Assembly: GCA_963764725.1 (NCBI GenBank)
Contig: CAVXTM010000010.1
Span: forward strand, 1 to 64,000
Direction of reading: 5' to 3'
Length of the DNA: 64,000 nt
Source of the DNA: an uncultured Gammaproteobacteria bacterium
Lineage (GTDB): Bacteria > Pseudomonadota > Gammaproteobacteria > JACCXJ01
The notes beneath the pieces are model-generated. The model ran no database searches and was not told the origin of the DNA. It saw nothing but the letters and a program-made list of their open reading frames with translations. Positions 22,467-32,144 of the stretch are shown here, in pieces (position 1 is the stretch's first letter; every line of letters starts with the position of its first letter). Both the position numbers and the translations under genes were made by a program.

Positions 22467-23033
22467 ATGAGCGCCGCCATCAAAGTCCTCGGCATCTGCG
22501 GCAGCCTGCGTCAGACTTCCTACAACGCCGCCGCGCTGCGCGCCGCGCAGGAGCTCGCGCCCGCTGCCGGGGCCATGATCGAGACCGCAGATATCTCCGA
22601 TCTCCCGCTATATAATGAGGATCTCCGCGCCCAGGGCTTTCCGGGCCCGGTCGAACGCTTGCGCGAGCAAATTCGCGAGGCCGACGCCCTGCTGTTTGTT
22701 ACGCCGGAATACAACTACTCTATCCCTGGTGTGCTCAAGAACGCCATTGACTGGGCCTCGCGCCCGCCCGACCAGCCTTTCGCCGGCAAGCCCGCGGCCG
22801 TGATGGGCGCGAGCCCGAGCCTGTTTGGCTCGGCGCGGGCGCAATACCACCTGCGGCAAAGCCTAATTTTTCTGGACGTACATTTCCTCAACAAGCCGGA
22901 AGTGATGATCGCCCAGGCGCAGGAGCGTTTCGATGCCCAAGGCGGGCTCACGCACGAGCCCACGCGCGAGTTCATTGCCAAGCTGCTCGCCGCCCTGGTG
23001 GACTGGACGCAGCAACTCGCGCCTAGGTCATAG
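22467..23033 (+). CDS. NADPH-dependent FMN reductase (ChrR-like)
   Basis: GSLRQTSYN and TPEYNYSIPGVLKNAIDW. Confidence 0.93.
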   Translation: MSAAIKVLGICGSLRQTSYNAAALRAAQELAPAAGAMIETADISDLPLYNEDLRAQGFPGPVERLREQIREADALLFVTPEYNYSIPGVLKNAIDWASRPPDQPFAGKPAAVMGASPSLFGSARAQYHLRQSLIFLDVHFLNKPEVMIAQAQERFDAQGGLTHEPTREFIAKLLAALVDWTQQLAPRS

Positions 23034-23058
23034 CCAAGGCATCTGGGAGGATCTGCAT

Positions 23059-24018
23059 ATGAGCAATCTGGCGCTGCAAAGCGAAGGCTCGCGCTCCACC
23101 GACTGTCCCGTCTGTCCGGGCAAGCCCGTGATCGAGCGCATCGAGACGCGCGCCGCGGAGATCGGCGAGGGCTTCACCATCCGCCGCGCAGTGCCCAACC
23201 GCCAGCGTCGCATGGTTGGCGCCTGGTGTTTTTTCGATCATGCCGGCCCCGCGGATTACGGTCCGGGCAAGGGGCTGCACGTCGGACCGCATCCGCATAT
23301 CGGCTTGCAGACCTTCACCTGGATGATTGCGGGCGAAGTACTGCACCGCGACAGCTTGGGCTATGAACAAATTATCCGGCCGGGACAAGTGAACCTGATG
23401 ACCGCCGGCTCCGGCATCGCGCACGCGGAAGACTCCGTGACCGAGGACGCGGGCCGCTTGCATGCCGCACAGCTCTGGCTGGCGCTGCCCGAGACCGAGC
23501 GCCGGCGCCCACCCAACTTCCAGCACTATCCAGTCCTACCGGTGCTCGAAGCCGGCGGCTTCCGTGTCACCGTGCTCGCCGGCACCGCCAACGGCCTGAC
23601 CGCGCCCACCGAGGTCTTCTCGCCGCTGCTGGGCCTGGATATCACCGCGCTGCGCTCCGCGCATACCACCTTGCCGCTCAATCCTGCCTTCGAACATGCA
23701 GCCTTGACCTTGAGTGGCGAGGTGGAGGTGGCGGGCGAGCGCCTCACTCCCGGCACGCTGCTTTATCTCGGCCGCAGCCGCGAGCGCATCCCGCTGCGCT
23801 GCGACGCACCCGCACGTCTGATGCTCATCGGTGGCGAGCCTTTCAAGGAGGAAATCCTTTTATGGTGGAACTTCGTCGCCCGCACGGAGGAGGAGATGGT
23901 CAAAGCGACCGAGGACTGGAACGCGGGGCGCTACTTCCGCGAAGTCAAAGGCAGCCCCTCGCCACGCCTGGTCGCCCCGGATCTTGCTGGTCTGAACCTG
24001 AAGGGAGCTCGCAAATGA
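23059..24018 (+). CDS. Pirin family protein
   Basis: PHPHIGLQT and MTAGSGIAHAE. Confidence 0.92.
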   Translation: MSNLALQSEGSRSTDCPVCPGKPVIERIETRAAEIGEGFTIRRAVPNRQRRMVGAWCFFDHAGPADYGPGKGLHVGPHPHIGLQTFTWMIAGEVLHRDSLGYEQIIRPGQVNLMTAGSGIAHAEDSVTEDAGRLHAAQLWLALPETERRRPPNFQHYPVLPVLEAGGFRVTVLAGTANGLTAPTEVFSPLLGLDITALRSAHTTLPLNPAFEHAALTLSGEVEVAGERLTPGTLLYLGRSRERIPLRCDAPARLMLIGGEPFKEEILLWWNFVARTEEEMVKATEDWNAGRYFREVKGSPSPRLVAPDLAGLNLKGARK

Positions 24019-24117
24019 AGCCCATCGCCACCGCCGAACGCGGGTTTCGGCCATTGTGGTCTTTTGCTGGCAACCCGCCACCCCCATTGGTCAGCTGAGT
24101 GACACCAGAGGCACAGC

Positions 24118-24987
24118 ATGAAACAGCTCACCCAGATCATCCCCCAAGCCTCGGCCCACTGGGTCGGCGACGGCTTTCCAGTGCGCAACCTAATCTCCAT
24201 CCCGCGTGACGCGCGCGACACCAGCCCTTTCCTGATGCTGGATTACGCCGGGCCCTATGAGTTCAAGCCTGCAAGTAAGCCGCGCGGCGTGGGCGAACAT
24301 CCGCATCGCGGCTTCGAGACCGTGACCATCGTCTATCAAGGCGAGGTGGCGCACCGCGACACTACCGGCAACTCCGGCGTGATCGGCCCCGGTGACGTGC
24401 AGTGGATGACCGCCGCCTCTGGCGTGCTGCACGAGGAGTTCCACTCGCCAGCGTTCACGCAGAAGGGCGGCACCCTGGAGATGGCGCAGCTCTGGGTCAA
24501 CCTGCCCGCGCGCGAAAAGATGAGTGCGCCGCGCTATCAGGCCATCCTCGACGCGCAGATACCCGCCATCGCGCTACCGGAGGAGGCCGGAACCGTGCGT
24601 GTCATTGCCGGCGACTACGAGGGTACCAAGGGCACGGCGCTGACTTATTCACCGATGAATGTCTGGGACTTGCACCTCTATGCCGGCCGCCGCGTCGCAT
24701 TCACCCTGCCCGAAGGCTGGACCACGCTTCTGGTGGTACTGCGCGGCCAGGTCGCTGTGGATGACATGACGATGGTTATCGGTCAGACCGCGCACTTCAC
24801 GCGCACGGGCGAAACCATCGCCATCGAGGCGGAAAAAGACAGCCTCGCGCTCTTGCTCAACGGTAGGCCCCTGGATGAGCCCATAGCCCACTACGGCCCA
24901 TTTGTGATGAACACCGAGAAGGAGTTGAGCGAAGCGATTGACGACTTCCGTAGCGGGCGTTTCGGAAAGCTTGAACATGGCTACTGA
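24118..24987 (+). CDS. Pirin family protein
   Basis: EHPHRGFETVT, MTAASGVLHEE, GPFVMN. Confidence 0.93.
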   Translation: MKQLTQIIPQASAHWVGDGFPVRNLISIPRDARDTSPFLMLDYAGPYEFKPASKPRGVGEHPHRGFETVTIVYQGEVAHRDTTGNSGVIGPGDVQWMTAASGVLHEEFHSPAFTQKGGTLEMAQLWVNLPAREKMSAPRYQAILDAQIPAIALPEEAGTVRVIAGDYEGTKGTALTYSPMNVWDLHLYAGRRVAFTLPEGWTTLLVVLRGQVAVDDMTMVIGQTAHFTRTGETIAIEAEKDSLALLLNGRPLDEPIAHYGPFVMNTEKELSEAIDDFRSGRFGKLEHGY

Positions 24988-24994
24988 TAGGGCG

Positions 24995-25025
24995 GTTTGA
25001 CAGCTAACAGGTCCAGCCGTATCTT
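24995..25025 (+). promoter_or_regulatory. Sigma70-like promoter, copy 1 of a 31-bp direct repeat
   Basis: TTGACA-17 bp-TATCTT; 30/31 identical to 31487-31517. Confidence 0.7.
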
Positions 25026-25074
25026 GGTGGCTCCGGGTGAGGGAAGATCTCCGCCTTACGATGTTCTCTACGTC

Positions 25075-25292
25075 ACGTTTATCGAACCTGGATGCGGTTT
25101 GGGTTACTGCTCAGCCGCATCACGACTCCGGTTGTCCTGGGTATCGTGTACTTTGGGGTCATCACCCCTATGGCCTTGGTCATGCGCGCTGCGGGGGAAG
25201 ATCCCATGGCGCGACGCTTGGATAGGAAGATTCAAAGTTATCGTATCCCCAGCCGAAAAGTCACTCGTGAGCATATGGAGAAACCTTTCTGA
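25075..25292 (+). pseudogene. 5'-truncated SxtJ-family membrane protein
   Basis: YRTWMRFGLLLSRITTPVVLGIVYFGVITP...DPM...SYRI...MEKPF; adjacent to DUF5989. Confidence 0.7.
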
Positions 25293-25444
25293 TGCGTGAG
25301 TTTATTGTAGATCTATGGCAGTTCATGCGCGAGCGCAGGAAGTCTTGGCTGGCGCCATTGATTATCATCCTAGTGCTGCTAGGAGCACTACTCGTCCTCG
25401 CGCAAGGATCCGCAGTAGCACCGTTTATCTACACCTTGTTTTAG
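25292..25444 (+). CDS. DUF5989 (SxtK-like) 50-aa protein, below the ORF-track cutoff
   Basis: MREFIVDLWQFMRERRKSWLAPLIIILVLLGALLVLAQGSAVAPFIYTLF. Confidence 0.85.
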   Translation: MREFIVDLWQFMRERRKSWLAPLIIILVLLGALLVLAQGSAVAPFIYTLF

Positions 25445-25533
25445 TGTTGCCAGCACGGTTGTTAAAACAGTGCAACGATGACCACGTAAATCCTGGCGCC
25501 GATGGGAGTCACACAGCGCTTGTAGCTCTCACC

Positions 25534-27393
25534 CTAATGCCGCCCTGCCGGGGAGGCGGTCCGCGTAATTGTCGAGACCGCTTCCAGGTCCCGCGTCAGT
25601 TCCCGTAAGGCCGCTTCATCGAGCGTTTCTTTGACCAGAAGCTCCTTTGCGCAGCGATCGAGGACCTTGCGGTTTTGCGCGAGCAGGTCATGGGACCGCT
25701 GGAACACGTCCATGACTACGCCGCGTATGGCCTCGTCGATCTGCTGGGCGGTGTGCTCGCTCACCCGGCATCCGCCCTGGGTCATGCCCCCCGGCGCCTG
25801 GAGGAACTGCGGCTGACTCGGCTCGAAAACGACATAGCCGAGTTGCTCTTCCATGCCGTAGCGGGTGGCCATGTCGCGGGCGATGTCGGTGGCCTTGGCG
25901 AGGTCGTCCGCGGCGCCCGTGGACAGATGCCCGAACACCAGCTTCTCCGCGGCGCGCCCGCCGAGCAACACGGCGATCTTGTTCTCGAGCTCCTCGCGGG
26001 TCATGAGGTAGCGGTCTTCGGTGGGGCGTTGGATTGTATAGCCCAAGGCGCCGATCCCGCGCGGGATGATGGAGATCTTATGCACGGGGTCGGTGCCCGG
26101 GAGGGCGAGCGCACAGAGCGCGTGCCCCATCTCGTGGTAGGCTACCACCTCCCGTTCCTTCGGGCTCAGGACCCGGTTCTTCTTCTCGAGCCCCGCGACG
26201 ATGCGCTCGATGGCGTGGGTGAAGTCCGCAAGCGTGACCGCCTCTGCTTTACGGCGGGTCGCCATCAGCGCCGCCTCGTTGACCAGGTTCGCGAGATCGG
26301 CACCCGAGAAGCCGGTGGTGAGCGCGGCGATTCTCTCGAGGTCCACATCCGGGGCGAGGCGGGCCTTCTTGATATGGACCTTGAGGATCTGCACGCGGCC
26401 TTGCTTGTCCGGGCGATCGACGAGCACCTGGCGGTCGAAGCGACCAGCGCGCAAGAGCGCGGGGTCGAGGATCTCGGGGCGATTCGTCGCGGCGAGGAGG
26501 ATCAGGCCTACGGCGGGGTCGAACCCATCCATTTCGGACAGGAGCTGGTTCAAGGTCTGCTCTTTTTCATCGTGGCCGCCGATCCCCGGAAACGCGCCCC
26601 GCGCCCGGCCGAGCGCATCGAGCTCATCGATGAAGATGATGGCCGGCGCCTTGGCGCGGGCCTGCTCGAAGAGATCGCGCACTCGCGCCGCGCCGACGCC
26701 GACGAACATCTCGACGAACTCCGAGCCGCTGATCGAGAAGAAGGGCACGCCGGCCTGACCGGCCACCGCCCGGGCCAAGAGCGTCTTGCCCGTGCCCGGC
26801 GGACCGACGAGCAGTACGCCCTTCGGGATCCGCGCGCCCAGCCGTCCATAATCCTGGGGATTCTTCAGGAAATCGACGACTTCCTTGAGCTCCTCCTTGG
26901 CCTCGTCGACGCCGGCCACATCGTCGAAGGTCACGCCGGTCTCTTTCTCCATGTAGACCTTGGCGCGGCTCTTGCCGATCGCCATGAAGCCGCCCAGCCC
27001 CTGCTTTTCGGCGAACCGCCGGAACAGGAAGAACCAGACACCGAAGAAGATGAGCGCTGGAGCGAGCCAGCCGAGCAGATCGCGCAGGAAGGTGCTCTCG
27101 ATGACGCGCGCATAAGGCACGTTGTACTGGGACAAGCGCGCCGCCAGATCCGGCTCGACACGGGTCGCGGCGATCACGGTCTTGCCGTTAGGATCAGGCG
27201 ACTTGAGCCGGCCTCCGATCTCGAGGTCCGAGATCCACACCTCGGAGACCTTGCCCTCCTTGAGATAGCGTTCGAACTCGCTGTAGGGCAGCGGCTCGAC
27301 CTCTCTGGCAGCGCTCCACCAGTTCTGCAGCATCATGAACAAAGGGATCGCGACGATCCAGTAACCCACGTTCCATTCGGTTTTCTTTTCCAT
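25534..27393 (-). CDS. ftsH: ATP-dependent zinc metalloprotease FtsH (accessory paralog)
   Basis: Two TMs, [21 protein letters not shown]. Confidence 0.95.
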   Translation of the reverse strand: MEKKTEWNVGYWIVAIPLFMMLQNWWSAAREVEPLPYSEFERYLKEGKVSEVWISDLEIGGRLKSPDPNGKTVIAATRVEPDLAARLSQYNVPYARVIESTFLRDLLGWLAPALIFFGVWFFLFRRFAEKQGLGGFMAIGKSRAKVYMEKETGVTFDDVAGVDEAKEELKEVVDFLKNPQDYGRLGARIPKGVLLVGPPGTGKTLLARAVAGQAGVPFFSISGSEFVEMFVGVGAARVRDLFEQARAKAPAIIFIDELDALGRARGAFPGIGGHDEKEQTLNQLLSEMDGFDPAVGLILLAATNRPEILDPALLRAGRFDRQVLVDRPDKQGRVQILKVHIKKARLAPDVDLERIAALTTGFSGADLANLVNEAALMATRRKAEAVTLADFTHAIERIVAGLEKKNRVLSPKEREVVAYHEMGHALCALALPGTDPVHKISIIPRGIGALGYTIQRPTEDRYLMTREELENKIAVLLGGRAAEKLVFGHLSTGAADDLAKATDIARDMATRYGMEEQLGYVVFEPSQPQFLQAPGGMTQGGCRVSEHTAQQIDEAIRGVVMDVFQRSHDLLAQNRKVLDRCAKELLVKETLDEAALRELTRDLEAVSTITRTASPAGRH

Positions 27394-27409
27394 ACCTCAC
27401 CTCGCGTCT

Positions 27410-28537
27410 CTAACCACCTGTCTGGAGCGTCACGGTGAGCTCGGCCTCACCGCTCTCGCGCAGCACCGTCACCCGCACCGCCTCGCCCACCTTGAAATCG
27501 TCGAGCCGGCCGAGGAGCTTTGCGACGCTGTCGACCGGCTTGTCGTCCACGGCGACGATGATGTCGCCGGGGGTAATGCCCTCGGCGTCGATGCGGGCAC
27601 CTTGCATGCCGGCCGCCTCGGCGGCCGAGCCCGGAGCGACCCTGAGCACCAGCACGCCTTCGACGCCCAGCTTCTGCGTCACCTGGCGGTTCAGGTCCTC
27701 GTCTACCTCGATCCCCAAGGCAGGGCGTACATACTTGCCGCTCGCGACGAGCTCCGGCACGACTCGGTTCACGGTGTCGACCGGCACGGCGAAACCTATC
27801 CCGGCGAAGGTCCCCGAGGGGCTGAAGATGGCGGTATTGATCCCGATGAGCCGTCCGGCGGAATCGAGCAAGGGGCCGCCGGAATTGCCGGGGTTGATGG
27901 CGGCGTCCGTTTGGATTAGGTGCTCGATGACGCCGCCCTGGTCGGATGGCAGGGAGCGGTCGAGCGCCGAGACGATCCCGGTCGTCAAGGTCCAGTCAAG
28001 GCCGAAGGGGTTGCCGATCGCGAACACCTTCTGGCCGACCTTGAGGTTATGGCTAGTGCCGAGGGGCACGGGCGGCGGGCGGTTGAAGGCGACCCCGATA
28101 CGCAGCACCGCGAGGTCGTGGGCCCGGCTCGCCCCGACCAGCCCCGCACTGTGTTCGCGCCCGTCGCTCAATCTTACCCGCGCCTCCGAGACGTCCGCTA
28201 CCACATGGTAGTTGGTGACCACATGGCCCTGTTCGTCCCAGATGAAGCCCGAGCCCGTGCCCTGCGGGATGCTGAAGATGTCGCGTGTCCAGGGATCCAT
28301 CACTCGCTCGCGGGTCGTGATGAACACGACCGAGGCTTTAGCCTTCTCGAAGAGTTCCATCGTTGTCTTCTCGTCGGCGCCGAGATCGCCGCGCGGGGTG
28401 ACCACCCGCGGTGTCGCGTCCACGCCCAGGATCCGCCGCTCGATCGAGGGCAATGCTTGCCAGAGAAGCAGCAGCGCAGCCGCGGCGAGGGTTATCCAGA
28501 GAACGCGGGAGAAGAATGGATCTCGGCTAGTGTTCAT
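27410..28537 (-). CDS. HtrA/DegP-like serine protease with one PDZ domain
   Basis: GTGSGF, TNYHV, GNSGGPL. Confidence 0.93.
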   Translation of the reverse strand: MNTSRDPFFSRVLWITLAAAALLLLWQALPSIERRILGVDATPRVVTPRGDLGADEKTTMELFEKAKASVVFITTRERVMDPWTRDIFSIPQGTGSGFIWDEQGHVVTNYHVVADVSEARVRLSDGREHSAGLVGASRAHDLAVLRIGVAFNRPPPVPLGTSHNLKVGQKVFAIGNPFGLDWTLTTGIVSALDRSLPSDQGGVIEHLIQTDAAINPGNSGGPLLDSAGRLIGINTAIFSPSGTFAGIGFAVPVDTVNRVVPELVASGKYVRPALGIEVDEDLNRQVTQKLGVEGVLVLRVAPGSAAEAAGMQGARIDAEGITPGDIIVAVDDKPVDSVAKLLGRLDDFKVGEAVRVTVLRESGEAELTVTLQTGG

Positions 28538-28577
28538 GGCGGTTGCTCCCTTCTGTCGCAAATTATTTCTCTTCTGT

Positions 28578-28631
28578 ATTTCGGATGTGGCTCAACTCGT
28601 GGGCGAGCACCGCGGTGATCTCGCGCAGCGT
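28578..28631 (-). pseudogene. HtpX/M48 metalloprotease active-site remnant
   Basis: Minus strand reads TLREITAVLAHELSHIRN (HExxH), with no surrounding gene. Confidence 0.7.
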
Positions 28632-28703
28632 GGCCGCTGCGGCAGGATGGAACCGCGGGGCTTGCTGCGTTGGAGGTCTTCCATGGGCTCATGAAATACT
28701 CTA

Positions 28704-30062
28704 TCACCTTGTACCAATGCCGGTCTTCCAACTTTTACGTTTTTCGTCGAGCCTGTGCTGCTCGGCATATTCGGCCCGCTCCGGGCTATCTTGCGTCGGT
28801 AAGAAGACCACCACCTCGAGGCCCGGGTGGGCGTTACGCAGGCTCAGCGTGCCGCCGTGCGCTTCGGCGATCCGGCGGCAGAGATAGAGCCCGAGGCCGA
28901 CGCCGCCGCGGCCGTGGGTGCGTGCCTGATCGGTACGGTAGAACGGCTCCGCCAACTGTGTTAAATGCGCAGCCGTGACGCCCGGTCCGAAGTCCCGTAC
29001 CGACAGTCGGGCGCGGTGGGCCTCGATTGTCGTCACCACGATCGGCGGCTTGGCGGCCTCGCGGCTGTAGCGCAGGGCGTTGTCGATCAGGTTGTGCAAC
29101 AGCAGTTGCAGCCGCGTTCGATCCAGCATCAGTGTTGGTAATCGTGGTGCAAGCTCGATCTCGAGTCTTCCTTGGCCAAGCGCGTCGGCCACGGTCTCGT
29201 TGACAAGCGCGTTGAGATCGGTCGGTTCGGGATGCAAGGCGGCGTGACGGTCGTTCAGACGTTCGCCCTCGAGCAACTTCTCGATCAGATCGCGCATCAC
29301 GGCCAGATCCCGCAGCAGGGCGTCGCGCTCGCCGGACTCCGCAAGAAGCTCGGTATTGAGCCGGGCTCGGGCGAGGGGCGAACGCAGCTCATGGCTGATA
29401 GCCAGCAGCAGCTGACGTTTGGCATCCAGCATCTGCCGGATGTCCTCGGCCATGGCGTTGATCTCGGAGGCGAGATCGCTGAGGTCGTCGTCGCGGCGCT
29501 TCGGGATCGGCTGCGAAAAATCACCGCTCCCGAAGCGGATGGCCCCGGCGCGGATGTCATCCAGCGGCAGGAACAGGCGCCGCACCAGCCAATAGGTCGC
29601 CGCGGTCAGCAGCAGCAGCACCGCTAAGGTGATGGCCCCGATGATCGCCGGTCGGCCTTCGCGATCGGGCTTCGGAAAACGAAACATGATGCGGTGCCCG
29701 TCGGCCAGCACGCGCAGGTGCACCGGTGGGTGTAGTCTATCGTCCGCACGGACAACAGAGAAGTCTGCGTCGCTGTCCGGGTGCGACGACCAATTGACCC
29801 TCGGCCCTCGCACGGCGATCTTCAGAGGCAGGCGTGCGACCAGCGCTTGTGCCCGCTCAATGCTGGGTGGGGTGCCGATCTCGGCGGCAAGGGCATCGAT
29901 ATGATGCTCGATATGAGGCCGCATGACGTCATGGAAATTGCGGGACAGCGCGAGCCTCATCCCGTACAGAAACACCACGGCAAGCACCACGGCGAGAAAC
30001 AGAAACAGAACCGTGAGCCGCACGCTGAGGGAGCGCTGCAAGCCTCCGAGCCATGCCCTCAC
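28704..30062 (-). CDS. HAMP sensor histidine kinase
   Basis: ISHELRSPL, NLIDNALRY, DFGPG, GVGLGL. Confidence 0.93.
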   Translation of the reverse strand: MRAWLGGLQRSLSVRLTVLFLFLAVVLAVVFLYGMRLALSRNFHDVMRPHIEHHIDALAAEIGTPPSIERAQALVARLPLKIAVRGPRVNWSSHPDSDADFSVVRADDRLHPPVHLRVLADGHRIMFRFPKPDREGRPAIIGAITLAVLLLLTAATYWLVRRLFLPLDDIRAGAIRFGSGDFSQPIPKRRDDDLSDLASEINAMAEDIRQMLDAKRQLLLAISHELRSPLARARLNTELLAESGERDALLRDLAVMRDLIEKLLEGERLNDRHAALHPEPTDLNALVNETVADALGQGRLEIELAPRLPTLMLDRTRLQLLLHNLIDNALRYSREAAKPPIVVTTIEAHRARLSVRDFGPGVTAAHLTQLAEPFYRTDQARTHGRGGVGLGLYLCRRIAEAHGGTLSLRNAHPGLEVVVFLPTQDSPERAEYAEQHRLDEKRKSWKTGIGTR

Positions 30063-30730
30063 TTGCGTGCCCCGGCGAAGGTATAGCCGGCGTTCCGCAG
30101 GGTCCTGATACAGTCGAGTGGCTCGAGCTTCTTGCGCAAGCGGCTCACCAGGATGTCCACGGCACGCGTATAGAGATCGGCATCGGTGCCACGCAGACGG
30201 TTCAGTATCTCATCGCGGGTGAAGACCTTTTTTGGCTCCGAGGCGAGCAGCTTGAGAAGCTCGAACTCGGTGCCGGTGAGATTGACGGCCTCGCCGTGCC
30301 GCAACACCTCCCGGCGTTCCAGATCGATCTCGATACCGTCGAAAGCGAGCCGCTGCCGCGGTGCCTTGCGCCCCTCACGACGCAAGATGGACTGAATCCG
30401 TGCCACGAGCTCGCGCGGCTCGAAGGGTTTCGCGAGATAATCGTCGGCGCCGATCTCGAGCCCGGCGATGCGGTCCGGCAACTCACCGCGGGCAGTCAGC
30501 ATGATGATGGGAATGTCGCGCTCCTTGCGAATGGTTCGACACAGCTCGAACCCGTCCATCTCGGGCATCATGACATCGAGGATCGCCGCATCGAAGGGTT
30601 CGGTGCGCAGCCGCGCGAGGCCGACGCTAGGAAGCGTGGCACTCTCCAAGTCGACGCCGAAACGTCGGAAATAAACTGCCAGCGGCGCCGCGAGCTGCTG
30701 GTCGTCGTCGATGAGCAGGATTCGGGACAT
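30059..30730 (-). CDS. OmpR-family response regulator
   Basis: ILLIDDD, LDVMMP, GADDYLAKPF and wHTH ending RNAGY. Confidence 0.93.
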   Translation of the reverse strand: MSRILLIDDDQQLAAPLAVYFRRFGVDLESATLPSVGLARLRTEPFDAAILDVMMPEMDGFELCRTIRKERDIPIIMLTARGELPDRIAGLEIGADDYLAKPFEPRELVARIQSILRREGRKAPRQRLAFDGIEIDLERREVLRHGEAVNLTGTEFELLKLLASEPKKVFTRDEILNRLRGTDADLYTRAVDILVSRLRKKLEPLDCIRTLRNAGYTFAGARK

Positions 30731-30807
30731 GGCACATTCTCGCAGCTCCGTGAGGCGAAAAACAGCGACGGCCCGGCACCCGGGCCGTCGCACAAGGGAT
30801 GGAGGAA

Positions 30808-31329
30808 CTAGCCCGCTGGGTCGGCCTTGGGACGGTGATCCCGGTGACCATGACGCCGCTCCAGGAACTCGCGCACCTTCTGCTGTTGCTCGGCGTTGAG
30901 ACTGTCGAAGAGATCGGCTGCGGCCGCGATCAGCGCCGGGCCGTTGCTCTGTAGCCGAGCCGCCTTCTCGTTCAAGAGTGCCTGTGCGCGCTCGCGATCG
31001 AGGCTCTCGCCCTTGATGAGCGATTGTATCCGCTCATGGCGGCCCTTCGAGTCGCCCATCATCGCCTTGCGCTGCTCGGAAAGCTTGTCGAAGAAGGTCG
31101 ACAGCTTCTGCTTCTGCGCATCGTTCAGGCCGAGCTCCGTGCTGATCCGCTCGACTCGTTTCGCTCGGAACTCGGCGCGCGCCTTGTCATCGTGCATCCA
31201 GGATTTGCTACAGCCATGAAAGCCTTCGCCAGGGTGTCCGCGATCGCGATCGGCAAAGGCGGTCGCGGCGGTCGCGATTAGGGCAGTTCCGCAGAGGCCC
31301 ATTAGTAATTGCTTGATCCACGGGGTCAT
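30808..31329 (-). CDS. Spy/CpxP-family periplasmic protein
   Basis: Signal peptide; LGLNDAQKQK and SLNAEQQQK LTxxQ-like motifs; upstream of the TCS. Confidence 0.85.
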   Translation of the reverse strand: MTPWIKQLLMGLCGTALIATAATAFADRDRGHPGEGFHGCSKSWMHDDKARAEFRAKRVERISTELGLNDAQKQKLSTFFDKLSEQRKAMMGDSKGRHERIQSLIKGESLDRERAQALLNEKAARLQSNGPALIAAAADLFDSLNAEQQQKVREFLERRHGHRDHRPKADPAG

Positions 31330-31404
31330 GCGATTTCTCCTTTGAGGTTGGTTTCGATACGGTAGCCATCTTAGCGCCCCAGCCGCAAGCGATCCTTTCG
31401 CCGG

Positions 31405-31430
31405 TGTATCGACGTGTTTCGCTTTGTTTC
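31405..31430 (-). promoter_or_regulatory. Putative OmpR-family binding site
   Basis: Three direct repeats with 10-bp period (GAAACA-N4-GAAACA-N4-GATACA on minus), upstream of spy-RR-HK. Confidence 0.6.
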
Positions 31431-31486
31431 ACCGCAGCCGCGGTGAAGGTGGGCTATTCCCCGATCCTGGACCCCAGGACCCGCGC

Positions 31487-31517
31487 GTTTGACAGCTAAC
31501 TGGTCCAGCCGTATCTT
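31487..31517 (+). promoter_or_regulatory. Sigma70-like promoter, copy 2, upstream of the CMD gene
   Basis: TTGACA gctaactggtccagccg TATCTT. Confidence 0.7.
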
Positions 31518-31603
31518 CCTTTTTGAAGAAATTGGCCTTTTAAAATCCATACTCCCCGTCGGATTAAGCCGATTCGCATTTTTGAGTTGAACGAGGAAAC
31601 TAC

Positions 31604-31957
31604 ATGGACCTTTATCCCCCACTCAGTAAAGAACTCGCACGCAAACGGGCCCAGCTGGCACCGGAGATCTCCGCCGCGTTCAAGGCCTTCAGCCAACGGG
31701 TATTCGCCGAGGGCGCGCTGCCCGCGAAGACCAAGCAGTTGATCGCGGTCGCGGTGGCCCACGTCACCCAATGTCCGTACTGCATTCGCGGGCACACCGA
31801 GCTTGCGGCGAACCACGGTGCGACCGAGCAGGAGGTGATGGAAGCCATCTGGGTCGCCGCGGAAATGCGCGCAGGCGGCGCGTACGCGCATGCGAACCTT
31901 GCGCTTGAGACCATGAGTCAACGGGATGCGGGCAGGTCCGGCGGTGGAACGTCGTGA
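31604..31957 (+). CDS. Carboxymuconolactone decarboxylase/AhpD-like protein
   Basis: KQLIAVAVAHVTQCPYCIRGH. Confidence 0.92.
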   Translation: MDLYPPLSKELARKRAQLAPEISAAFKAFSQRVFAEGALPAKTKQLIAVAVAHVTQCPYCIRGHTELAANHGATEQEVMEAIWVAAEMRAGGAYAHANLALETMSQRDAGRSGGGTS

Positions 31958-31959
31958 AC

Positions 31960-32111
31960 GCCGCGCGGCCATCCAACAGGGAATTCCGGTAAAGATCATC
32001 AACAAGACGAAAGGAGAAACGTACCTCGCGGAACATGCATTGACGGGACGACAAGTCGAGATGATTTTATCCGGAAGTCTACTCAACTTGATGCGCAAGC
32101 CTCCGGCCTAG
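31960..32111 (+). pseudogene. Aconitase C-terminal remnant
   Basis: VKIINKTKGETYLAEHALTGRQVEMILSGSLLN resembles the end of the aconitase swivel domain. Confidence 0.6.
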
Positions 32112-32144
32112 CTGGCGTCGCGTCTGAACGCCGGAGTCATTCCG

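Noticed and set aside
24995-25025. Synthetic Anderson-type promoter contamination (TTGACAGCTA...)
   Set aside because: Similarity stops after 10 bp and there is no vector sequence nearby.
25675-27438. Long antisense ORFs (587 aa here; also 9498-10580, 52141-53133, 53941-55113, 17791-18783)
   Set aside because: Shadow frames of GC-rich genes on the opposite strand, with no motifs.
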